Source: an uncultured bacterium (GTDB taxonomy: Bacteria > Babelota > Babeliae > Babelales > JABCYS01). From it: a DNA stretch of 64,000 bases. Shown here one piece after another: positions 51,268-59,342 of the stretch. Made by a program: the position numbers and the translations under genes. The stretch covers positions 24,112 to 88,111 of the forward strand of contig CAVPKK010000004.1 of the NCBI GenBank assembly GCA_963705705.1, given 5' to 3'. A model generated the notes under the pieces. It searched no databases, was not told the DNA's origin, and was given only the letters and a program-made list of their open reading frames with translations. Within the stretch, counting starts at the first letter, position 1, and each line of letters opens with the position of its first letter.

Positions 51268-51933
51268 ATGATTCAACGAACAATGACACAACGATATAAA
51301 TTTTATCGAGCGCACAAATACGTCAGCACTGCATTAAATGACGTAGAACGCAAATTGGCACAAACAGATTTTAGTTCTATGGATGAAACAACAAAGGTTT
51401 GCCAAGAGCTAAACAATCTGCTCACGATGCTGCAACATCATGCAGAGTATGAAGACAAGATGTTGCATCCACTATTGGCTCAAAAAGGTTCTAAGGTACT
51501 CGTTGCCGTTGAAGCCGATCATGAAAAACTTGAGCTAGAAATAGAAAATCTCCAAAAGCTCTGCCATGCAATAACGCATGAGTCTGATGCACATGAACGG
51601 TTAGCCAAAGGCTACACACTCTATCTGACCTACAGAAAATTTGTGGGCGATAACCTCGTACATTTGCATGAAGAAGAAACGGTTATTTTACCTGAGCTGC
51701 AGCGCTTATATTCCGATGAAGAACTCAAAGCAGTAGGCGCAAGAAGCTATTCATTCATGACCCCAGATGACATAGTTGGTATGGTCCAAGAACTATTCCC
51801 GCATATGAGCCCTGAAGATCACCAAGCGTTCTTATCAGAGATTAAAGAAGCAGAACCGGCCAAATTTGCTCTAATTTGGGAGAGAATTAAGTCACTGGCC
51901 AGGCCAATGAGTCACGATATGAAACAACAATAA
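51268..51933 (+). CDS. hemerythrin-like (HHE cation-binding) domain protein
   Basis: 221 aa. HHAEYEDKMLHPLL, ADHEKLE, and HLHEEETVILPEL are His/Glu ligand-type motifs. Confidence 0.65.
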   Translation: MIQRTMTQRYKFYRAHKYVSTALNDVERKLAQTDFSSMDETTKVCQELNNLLTMLQHHAEYEDKMLHPLLAQKGSKVLVAVEADHEKLELEIENLQKLCHAITHESDAHERLAKGYTLYLTYRKFVGDNLVHLHEEETVILPELQRLYSDEELKAVGARSYSFMTPDDIVGMVQELFPHMSPEDHQAFLSEIKEAEPAKFALIWERIKSLARPMSHDMKQQ

Positions 51934-51942
51934 GGAAAAATC

Positions 51943-52428
51943 ATGGAACAAAACAAATCATTAAGTAAAAGTGCACAAAGCGTCCAAGACATTTTGTGCC
52001 ATAAAGGATTACCGCTCACGGTTATTGAACTAGCTGCGAGTACGCGAACCGCACAAGACGCAGCACAGGCCATCGGCTGCAATGTTGCCCAGATTGTAAA
52101 GTCTCTTATCTTTCGCACCAAAGAAACTCACCGGCCAATTCTGGTTCTAGCCAGCGGGCCTAATCGTGTAGATGAGAAAATCATTGAACAACAGGTTGGT
52201 GAAAAAATAACCAAGGCTGATGCAGATTTTACGCGAGAGGTTACGGGCTTTGCCATAGGTGGTATACCGCCTATTGGCCATAAGCAGCATATTGACACCT
52301 ACATCGATGAAGATCTTTTAAAATACGATGAAGTATGGGCAGCAGCCGGAACACCGAATGCAGTATTTAGTTTGCCGTCAAAAGAATTAGCCGCATTAAC
52401 AGGCGGGAAGATTATTAAAATCAATTAG
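51943..52428 (+). CDS. YbaK/EbsC-type aminoacyl-tRNA trans-editing deacylase
   Basis: 161 aa, AAGGA RBS. VKSLIFRTK...PILVLASGPNRVDEK...GFAIGGIPPIGH. Confidence 0.8.
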   Translation: MEQNKSLSKSAQSVQDILCHKGLPLTVIELAASTRTAQDAAQAIGCNVAQIVKSLIFRTKETHRPILVLASGPNRVDEKIIEQQVGEKITKADADFTREVTGFAIGGIPPIGHKQHIDTYIDEDLLKYDEVWAAAGTPNAVFSLPSKELAALTGGKIIKIN

Positions 52429-52430
52429 GA

Positions 52431-53522
52431 ATGAAGCGAATGCAACTCATAAAACGCCTCTCGCCAGCAATTCCAATATTGCTGTCTTTAACAGTCACAA
52501 CTTCAGGTAGTCACTCAGCCGCTCGTATCCTTTTACCCCAAACTCACCCTGAAAGGGAACCCGAGTTTCGGGGACCCCAGTCCGATCGCCCTGAGTATTT
52601 TGCGCAGCAAAATGTATCGAAGGGTCGACAGGCACAGGACGAGCGGACATCTCTATCACGCGAACATAAAGCAACGGATGCCATCCAATTAAAACAACAA
52701 TCAGCTAATGAAAAAGCTGCCGTTTTTGATATTGGTGGCGTTCTTGTAGAAGTTAATAATAACCAGCAGATTCTTAGTAAGATTGGTTGGTGGAATATCC
52801 TAAATTACACCCTTCATTTTAATAACCCGTTTAAGCTTCGTGATCATCTACTCAAAATTGCATTCGATATCCTGTACAAAATGCGTGGCGAAAAACCTGA
52901 TCCTGCGTCATTCCCTCCCGGGCATCCAATGGCCGCGGGCTTTCCAATGCCCAGCATTATGGTTGATTGGCAGCTCGGGAAAATAAGTTCAGCTGCGGTT
53001 TTAGCAGAGGCGAAAACTTTCATCAAACGGTTGGCAAAACAAGGTTACTTTAAAAATTCACTCGACGAAGAAATGACACACATTTATTTTGGGTGCATTT
53101 TTGATGCGAGCCAACGAGTTCCATTCACCGAGCCAATTAAAGAAGGCTGGGATTTAGTAAAGAAATACAAAGATGATGGCTATAGGATTTACCTGCTCTC
53201 CAACATGGACCCTGATACCATGCCACTCACCAAGGCCAAGCTTCCAAAGCTTTTTGCGATGGTTGATGGCATCGTCTACTCGAGTGCAGAACATATCATG
53301 AAACCGCAGCCAGAATTCTTTAAGATATTATTGGATAGGTACCATCTACAACCTGAGCAATGTATCTTCTTTGATGATCAGAAGGAGAATATTGCTGCGG
53401 CACAAAAATTGGGCTTTGAAACCTTCCTATGCTCACGTGAAAGTATGAAGACTTTGCTTACGCAGCTTGAAGAAAAGCCAGATCAAGCATCGACCGTTGT
53501 CGTTGCTGCAACTTATGTATAA
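52431..53522 (+). CDS. HAD-superfamily hydrolase with signal peptide and repeat-encoded N-terminal linker
   Basis: 363 aa. Motif I AAVFDIGGVL, motif III/IV region LLSNMD...FFDDQKENIAAAQKLGF. There is no in-frame start codon between the repeat (52519-52646) and motif I. Confidence 0.7.
   Translation: MKRMQLIKRLSPAIPILLSLTVTTSGSHSAARILLPQTHPEREPEFRGPQSDRPEYFAQQNVSKGRQAQDERTSLSREHKATDAIQLKQQSANEKAAVFDIGGVLVEVNNNQQILSKIGWWNILNYTLHFNNPFKLRDHLLKIAFDILYKMRGEKPDPASFPPGHPMAAGFPMPSIMVDWQLGKISSAAVLAEAKTFIKRLAKQGYFKNSLDEEMTHIYFGCIFDASQRVPFTEPIKEGWDLVKKYKDDGYRIYLLSNMDPDTMPLTKAKLPKLFAMVDGIVYSSAEHIMKPQPEFFKILLDRYHLQPEQCIFFDDQKENIAAAQKLGFETFLCSRESMKTLLTQLEEKPDQASTVVVAATYV
52519..52646. repeat. dispersed palindromic repeat, approx 130-bp class (copy 2), inside a CDS
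   Basis: Aligns with the reverse complement of 3455..3585. Translated as ARILLPQTHPEREPEFRGPQSDRPEYFAQQNVSKGRQAQDER. Confidence 0.8.
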
Positions 53523-53598
53523 TTATTCGTTTCGGGCATTGAGGAGAGGTGCAATAATTCTATTGCGCTTAAGCACTTGAGCCGGTCCTGAGGCCGGC

Positions 53599-54096
53599 CT
53601 AATCAAAATCACCAAAATCAACCATCAAATTTTTATTGCCGACAAGCTCAATAAATTTAGAAATGTCTTTTGTGGCTATGACGGTTGTGGCTGTGTTTAC
53701 CAATGGATGGAAGCCGGCTTGTTCATGTTTGAAGAGATTGCTATCCAATATAACAGTGACCTTGCGCTGCACATCATTAATGAGCGCGAAGAGCGTAACC
53801 GAACCTGGTTCAACGCCGAGGGTTTCCCGCAATAGTTCAGGACTGGCAAAACGAAGTTCGGGCGCATGTAGATATTTGGATAATTTCTTCAGGGCTATGG
53901 CCGTGTCATATACGGCAACCACCAAATAAAGATTGCCCTTGCTATCCTTCAAAAATAGGTTCTTAACCCAGGCTCCTGGGATTGGAATTGCGGATGCCAC
54001 CTTAACTGCTTGCTCGGCAGTAAATAATGGCTCATGCTGGTAGGTGGTATAAGGAATTGATAGCTCATCTAATTTCTTGAATACGTTTGCTGACAT
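53599..54096 (-). CDS. ProX/PrdX-type prolyl-tRNA synthetase-associated trans-editing domain protein
   Basis: 165 aa. LDELSIPYTTYQHEPLFTAEQA, KNLFLKDSKGNLYLVV, and GFHPL. Confidence 0.75.
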   Translation of the reverse strand: MSANVFKKLDELSIPYTTYQHEPLFTAEQAVKVASAIPIPGAWVKNLFLKDSKGNLYLVVAVYDTAIALKKLSKYLHAPELRFASPELLRETLGVEPGSVTLFALINDVQRKVTVILDSNLFKHEQAGFHPLVNTATTVIATKDISKFIELVGNKNLMVDFGDFD

Positions 54097-54147
54097 GTGA
54101 ATCCTTGGAATTTTTAGCGGTCAAAATAATATCACATTAACCAGCTC

Positions 54148-54178
54148 TTGACTTTCACGTTGCGTCATACTTTATAGT
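54148..54178 (+). promoter_or_regulatory. MerR-type promoter with 19-bp spacer upstream of the MerR/TipA gene
   Basis: TTGACT (54148-54153), a 19-nt spacer containing the dyad ACGTTGCGT inside TGAC...GTCA, then TATAGT (54173-54178). AGGAG RBS at 54186 and ATG at 54199. Confidence 0.5.
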
Positions 54179-54198
54179 TACCTACAGGAGACAAAACT

Positions 54199-54930
54199 AT
54201 GCAGTGGAAACCAAATGAATTTAGCAAGCTTACCAAGGTATCGGTGCGCACACTCCATCATTATGATGATATCAGCTTGCTCAAACCTTCAGCTCGGTTA
54301 GCCAACGGCTATAGGTTGTACTCCGAAACTGATTTGCAAAAGCTGGAACGAATAGTTGCTCTTAAATTTTTCGGCTTCGGCTTAAAGCAGATCAAGGTAT
54401 TGGTTAACAACGATCAAGATGTTGTCAGCTCGCTCAAAGATCAGCAACGGTGTTTGGACGGGCAGATTGAACAGCTTAATCAGGCGAGAGAAGCCATCAA
54501 CCAGATTCTGGCCACTTCAAAGGCCAGTCGAGAAGTTGAATGGCAAAGTATCGCTAAACTTATTGAGGTATTTCGTATGACGAAGAAACTACAAGAAAGC
54601 TGGGCTGGCAAGGTATACACCCAAGAACAGCTACAAAAATTCGCCGAATTCGGGCAGGAATTCCCCGAGAAAGAGCGAATTGGTATAGAAAACCGCTGGA
54701 AAGCTTTGTATGCAGAAGTTGAAAAGCATTTGCATGAAGACCCAGCCGGGCCTGCTGGCAAAAAGCTAGCCAAAGTGTATAACGAACTCATGCAAGAGAT
54801 GAAGAAGGCATGGGCACCGCAACCTGAACTTTGGAAGGCTATCGGCAAGGCATATGATAAAGGCAAAATGCCTGAAGAGGCGTTCCCAAAGAAAATTCGG
54901 GAATGGCTCGAGAAGGCAGCCAAGGCATAA
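54199..54930 (+). CDS. MerR family transcriptional regulator with TipAS-like C-terminal domain
   Basis: 243 aa. HTH FSKLTKVSVRTLHHYDDISLLKPS...GYRLYSETDL, a coiled-coil dimerisation helix, and a C-terminal helical domain similar to the TipAS antibiotic-recognition domain. Confidence 0.85.
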   Translation: MQWKPNEFSKLTKVSVRTLHHYDDISLLKPSARLANGYRLYSETDLQKLERIVALKFFGFGLKQIKVLVNNDQDVVSSLKDQQRCLDGQIEQLNQAREAINQILATSKASREVEWQSIAKLIEVFRMTKKLQESWAGKVYTQEQLQKFAEFGQEFPEKERIGIENRWKALYAEVEKHLHEDPAGPAGKKLAKVYNELMQEMKKAWAPQPELWKAIGKAYDKGKMPEEAFPKKIREWLEKAAKA

Positions 54931-54984
54931 TAACCGCAGCACTCTTGTCCATTTGGATGAGAGTGCTTTTTTCTTCGTAAAAAT

Positions 54985-55551
54985 ATGAATGAAACCAATT
55001 CAAAGCTCCTCGAATGCTGGGGATGTAAAACAAAATTCCCGCCGACCGATGTTTCCATGCTCGGACCAAATGATGCCTTTCTTAGGTATGGTGTTGCATC
55101 ACCCGAATGTGCAAAGATCTTCTTTGAGCTATTGGCCTTTGGGATGGAACAATTTGGCCAGTCGACACACCAACTTATTGTTGATGCATATGCGGTACAA
55201 CATCCAAGACATGCTGACATTCAAAAAAAACTTGGCATTTCGCCACGATTTATTGCCGCTTCTATTCAATCACCCGTTGTGCATTTACTTGGCCTTTATG
55301 CAGCGATCAATAATATTCCTTCTTCAGATGTGATCGGTAAAAAGGTGCTTGATCATATTCTTTCTAAGGGCGCAGAATTTGAAGAACTCATGCCACCAGA
55401 TAATCTTGGTAAGATGATGGCACCGGATTTGTTGAAAGCAAAGAATTTGGATGAATATACCACTTTGACCTGGCAATGGGCGCGTGAGGCATGGAGTGCA
55501 TGGTCACCGCATCATGCCTCAATAAAGGTATGGTATGAAAAGTATAAGTAA
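54985..55551 (+). CDS. hypothetical protein (DUF5946-like)
   Basis: 188 aa. CWGC...SPECAKIF...HQLIVDAYAVQHP resembles my recollection of the DUF5946 pattern. Confidence 0.4.
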   Translation: MNETNSKLLECWGCKTKFPPTDVSMLGPNDAFLRYGVASPECAKIFFELLAFGMEQFGQSTHQLIVDAYAVQHPRHADIQKKLGISPRFIAASIQSPVVHLLGLYAAINNIPSSDVIGKKVLDHILSKGAEFEELMPPDNLGKMMAPDLLKAKNLDEYTTLTWQWAREAWSAWSPHHASIKVWYEKYK

Positions 55552-56437
55552 GATTGCGCTTATCATTTTTTCTATTTTAGGATTCATTTTGGTCAAAAAA
55601 TTGCTCATACCCAATAAATACGGACGTATCATTTTACTCAACGGCACCTCTTCAGCTGGTAAATCGGCAATTCTTGAAGAGCTTAATAAGATAGATTCAT
55701 CTTTTTACATTCTCAAAGTAGATGATTGGTGGCCGCCGGTAATGAAGGCTAAGGCAAAAGAATTAGGGTGGGACGAAAATTCTCAAATGGATCCATGGAT
55801 GTATCTGTATCATTATATGGCCAAAAAGACGGGCATATGGTATTTCGCAACCGAGATGCGTGAAATTTTATTTCGCGATTCAGCAAGCTTTTACCAGCTA
55901 GCTTGTGATGTTGCGCTACGAGGCCAGGATGTGATCATCGATACTGTATTGGAATACGAGCGCGAGTATAAAGAATTTGATACTTTCTTTGCTAACAAAG
56001 ATATGGTTGTTAAAAAAATACTGGTTTACTGCCCGCTCGACATATTGCTCCATCGCGTAGAGCAACGAAATGCATCTGGCAATCCTGAAGAACAGCGCAC
56101 TGTTTTCCAGTCATTTGAGCAATTCCCGGCTATATTTAAGGTACAAGAACATGCTGATGAACAAGTCGTTGATACCGTGCAGAGCTCAGTAATTAAACAG
56201 ACGCTTGATGAGGCAATTGCTCAGTTAAAGAAACACGGTATCCCAGATCCTTCCCTGCCTCGGCTGGAAGAGTTTAGGGAAAAGTTCATCGCGCGATTTA
56301 AGCTCGACGAACAAAAAGAGATAAAATTGGTACCAATACATTCCTATCAGCTTATATTAAATAGTAGGACAGAGACGCCGGCAAAAATGGCTCAAGATAT
56401 TGTGCGGTATATCGCTTCGCTAATTACTCAAAAATAG
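55535..56437 (+). CDS. chloramphenicol-phosphotransferase-like (CPT family) P-loop kinase with N-terminal TM
   Basis: 300 aa. RIILLNGTSSAGKSAILEEL matches the CPT P-loop (IILNGGSSAGKS). VIIDTV is Walker-B-like. Confidence 0.55.
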   Translation: MKSISKIALIIFSILGFILVKKLLIPNKYGRIILLNGTSSAGKSAILEELNKIDSSFYILKVDDWWPPVMKAKAKELGWDENSQMDPWMYLYHYMAKKTGIWYFATEMREILFRDSASFYQLACDVALRGQDVIIDTVLEYEREYKEFDTFFANKDMVVKKILVYCPLDILLHRVEQRNASGNPEEQRTVFQSFEQFPAIFKVQEHADEQVVDTVQSSVIKQTLDEAIAQLKKHGIPDPSLPRLEEFREKFIARFKLDEQKEIKLVPIHSYQLILNSRTETPAKMAQDIVRYIASLITQK

Positions 56438-56446
56438 ATAAAGAAA

Positions 56447-56479
56447 GGGCCACTCGTTATGAGTGGCCCTGTTGTTTTC
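56447..56479. terminator. bidirectional hairpin terminator between convergent genes
   Basis: GGGCCACTC-GTTAT-GAGTGGCCC, followed by TGTTGTTTTC and preceded by AAAGAAA. Confidence 0.65.
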
Positions 56480-56483
56480 GCCT

Positions 56484-57452
56484 TTATTTCCCTTTCTCCG
56501 CGAGAGCTTTTTGCAAAGCTCTATCTGCATAGCTCATACCCAGAACTGCTAATACAACGCGCAGGCCACGGAATTCAAGGCCATCCCGCAATGACTTGAG
56601 GCCTTGATTCTTAACCAATGCACATAAGGTTTGCCAGGTTGATGGGAATTCGCGCAGTAAATCATCTTGCATGCATTTCCTGAGTCGGGCAGCGGGATGT
56701 GTCATCACCGCTGCAGCAACACCTGCCGTTAATGTCGCCGCAAGTTTACGCGCCTGCTCATTATCAAGATACGGTTTATAAACTCTCTCGACCAATGGCG
56801 GAAGAGCTTTAAACCCAGCTACGAAGCCGGCATCTCGGAATGCGACTGGCCAGAATCCTCGGTATAAACCACGGAGACCGTTGGTTGCATACACCTCATT
56901 GAATGCTTGGCGAGTCGACAACAATACATTGCGATTTTCATTCGCATACTGTTGACGCTGCGCCAATAGTTCCTGCGGGCAGCTTACTAATGCGCCAAGT
57001 CCTCCTGCGGCAGTTGCTGTTGCCAATCGTTGGCCATCAGTTAATGGTTGATGGTTCACAGCCATAACTGCCTGGTTCAAGCCTTCCGCACAGCCATTCT
57101 GCACAGCGGTGATTGGGGCCATACCTGCAACCATGGTTCCGAAACTCGAATACCAAACGCGCGGACTAAGTGATAAGTTGCGCAAGCGCTGCGACCAGCT
57201 CTTGGCGACCTGACCAGCCGTTGGCTGCATGGCATTGGAGAAATAGAAGCACGGTGTACCCGTGATTGGCTCTAGACTTCCAAGCGCAGCGCCAACGACG
57301 GTATTTCTCGCTAATGTTGCAAGCGCCGATTTCGGCGGCGTGCTTTTGTTTTCTTCTGCATTATCCATGGCAAACATGGAGACGCAGAATGTTACGCTGA
57401 CCATTAATAGGTTCAGCACCTTATTGATGTAATGCATCGCATTACCTTTCAT
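56484..57452 (-). CDS. mitochondrial carrier family (MCF)-like protein with degenerate signatures
   Basis: 322 aa. Three repeats of about 95 aa. Each has a G/A-rich helix followed by a P-x-x-x-x-x-x-x-Q-like motif (TPCFYFSNAMQ, CPQELLAQRQQ, HPAARLRKCMQ) and a G-x-x-x-Y/L-R-G-type second motif (GLRGLYRGFWPVAFRDAGF, GLKSLRDGLEFRGLRV). Confidence 0.5.
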   Translation of the reverse strand: MKGNAMHYINKVLNLLMVSVTFCVSMFAMDNAEENKSTPPKSALATLARNTVVGAALGSLEPITGTPCFYFSNAMQPTAGQVAKSWSQRLRNLSLSPRVWYSSFGTMVAGMAPITAVQNGCAEGLNQAVMAVNHQPLTDGQRLATATAAGGLGALVSCPQELLAQRQQYANENRNVLLSTRQAFNEVYATNGLRGLYRGFWPVAFRDAGFVAGFKALPPLVERVYKPYLDNEQARKLAATLTAGVAAAVMTHPAARLRKCMQDDLLREFPSTWQTLCALVKNQGLKSLRDGLEFRGLRVVLAVLGMSYADRALQKALAEKGK

Positions 57453-57612
57453 TAAAATGGGTTAAAAAAATAATTACGCAACTGCGCAATTACCTCTTGA
57501 AGAAAAGACGCAATCATGCCCTGCAGTGCAAAATTGGCGCTATGTGTCCAATAGATTTTTTGAGATGGTCGTTGATTTACTCGTCCTGCGAAGTCTCAAC
57601 CTTAGCTCATAT

Positions 57613-57650
57613 TCGCGCTTTGATTCTTCGATAAACTCAGAATGAGCGCG
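57613..57650. repeat. dispersed palindromic repeat, approx 37-bp class
   Basis: TCGCGCTTTGATTCTTCGATAAACTCAGAATGAGCGCG. An adjacent fragment at 57670-57715 (GTGTTTTGCGCAGCAAAACGTATCAAGG) matches the centre of the 130-bp class. Confidence 0.75.
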
Positions 57651-58044
57651 TTCAAGTCAATCCGGACTAGCAGCGTCGTCGGAAGTGTTTTGCGCAGCAA
57701 AACGTATCAAGGAATATGAGCAACAATAGTCAGTCAACGACCGATCTAATTTTTGAAATCGAAAATGTTGGGTTAAAAAAGAATGTATTGGGCGCTTACG
57801 CCACAATAAATCGAATGAGGTTTGAAATCAGCAGAATGCTGAGGAAGAAAGAGAAAGAAGAAATAGTAGAAAAATGAGAATATGAATGTGACGGCCGACT
57901 GGTCTGTCGCGGAGTCGTCATGATCGTTCCTTTTGGTTAAAATGATACATATAATACCCAATACCCTACCAGCTCTTCTTATAAGATCAACCGGTAGGTT
58001 TCGGTTGCATCCATCAAATCTCGAAAATAAAAGAGTTAAGCCCT

Positions 58045-58293
58045 ATGGACACATTAAAGCCATTCTCAGAAAAAGCGCGAAACCTCAAACTCGGTATGTA
58101 TGAGCATTATAGTGGCAAACGGTACACCGTCATTTCTGTTGCACGGCATAGTGAATCATTGGAAGAGCACGTAGTATACCAAGCACATTATGGCGATCGC
58201 GATGTCTGGGTTCGACCATTCAGCATGTTTTGTGAGCAGGTAGAAATAAACAAATTAATGGTTCCTCGGTTCCGCCACATTGAAGACGTTTAG
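58045..58293 (+). CDS. DUF1653 family protein
   Basis: 82 aa. YEHYSGKRYTVISVARHSESLEEHVVYQ...WVRPFSMF. Confidence 0.7.
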   Translation: MDTLKPFSEKARNLKLGMYEHYSGKRYTVISVARHSESLEEHVVYQAHYGDRDVWVRPFSMFCEQVEINKLMVPRFRHIEDV

Positions 58294-58402
58294 CGGCACT
58301 GAACGGCAATAGGCCATAAAGGCTCCTGCCTTTTGACAATAGGCAATAGGATCCTTAGGTTTAAGTTTCTTATTCTTTTTTTAAAACACCTTAGGAGAAC
58401 CT

Positions 58403-59095
58403 ATGAACCTATCATTTAAAAGCCTTAGTCTTCTTTTGACCTTGGCTAGCCTTCCCCTATTGGCTACTTCATCAATCGGTGAAAATAAGCAAAATAGCGG
58501 ATTATCCGATTTGCCTTTCATGAAGTCAGTAAATTTCTGCCTCCTAGCTTGTACTGATGCGCCCGTGGATATGGTCACCGAGTTTACGAATAAGCTCATC
58601 GCATTTCGACAGGCTGAGACCAAAATTCCTGCTATGAAAGATCAGAAAAAAGCGCGACGCGATTTTACAAAAACGGTTGAATATACCTTATTCAAAGATA
58701 AAGCTCAGTTTAATCTCGCTTATCAAGAAATTGTTAAAGCAACAAACGAGAGAACCGCCAACCCAATGAAGGATTTGTTGCGCGATTCCAGAATTACTTT
58801 TAAGCCAGAAGCTAAGAAAGTAATAACGGTTAAGGCCGATGGCACTATTAGAAGATCATTAGCATATGATTTAATTAAGAAAGCTGCCATGGAATATTTC
58901 AAACAGCGTGAACTTGTCGGCAAAGATCCAAATTTTAAGGCATGGGACGATGCAAGGGTTACCCTAGAAATATCAATGAAGAAGTTTTTGAAAGCACAAT
59001 TTGAAGATTTAGCAGAACTCAACGCATTCTACACCAAGAAGTCCGAGAATCTTAAAGCATTTCTTATTGGCCAGCTGAATGGTCCAAACGAATAA
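58403..59095 (+). CDS. hypothetical secreted protein
   Basis: 230 aa, AGGAG RBS. Signal peptide MNLSFKSLSLLLTLASLPLLATSS. Lys-rich and helical. Confidence 0.55.
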   Translation: MNLSFKSLSLLLTLASLPLLATSSIGENKQNSGLSDLPFMKSVNFCLLACTDAPVDMVTEFTNKLIAFRQAETKIPAMKDQKKARRDFTKTVEYTLFKDKAQFNLAYQEIVKATNERTANPMKDLLRDSRITFKPEAKKVITVKADGTIRRSLAYDLIKKAAMEYFKQRELVGKDPNFKAWDDARVTLEISMKKFLKAQFEDLAELNAFYTKKSENLKAFLIGQLNGPNE

Positions 59096-59156
59096 CCGTT
59101 AGACTCAAATGATTATGATTAACTAAATTGCCATCTTACATACAGACGTTTAATAT

Positions 59157-59193
59157 TCCTCTCATGGATTTTATGCCATGGGAGGATTTTTTT
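59157..59193 (+). terminator. intrinsic terminator
   Basis: TCCTCTCATGG-ATTTTATG-CCATGGGAGGA hairpin followed by a T7 run. Confidence 0.6.
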
Positions 59194-59342
59194 ATGTTGC
59201 ACAGGCCAAGCTTGGGAAAATTATTTCCATTATTTTGGTTTAGTCGCAGCCCATGGGCGCGGACTCTAATCCCACATTGCAGCCTTTTCATTTAGCTACT
59301 ATGATGCTTAGCCCCCTCAGCGGAATATCAAGGATCATAAAA

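Noticed and set aside
54480-55220. 246-aa minus-strand ORF
   Set aside because: It is antisense to the well-supported MerR/TipA gene and to the 54985 gene. Its composition is Cys/Ser-rich and low-complexity, with no motif. It would overlap two motif-bearing genes.
3455-57720. Possibility that the short dispersed repeats represent a CRISPR array
   Set aside because: The copies are scattered over 54 kb in both orientations, with irregular spacing and three length classes. No regular repeat-spacer periodicity and no cas genes are seen.
57773-57961. 62-aa minus-strand ORF in the long spacer 57452-58045
   Set aside because: Low-complexity Phe-rich translation of a purine-rich tract (GAAGAAAGAGAAAGAAGAAATAG on the plus strand). 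No RBS or motif. The spacer also contains repeat copies.
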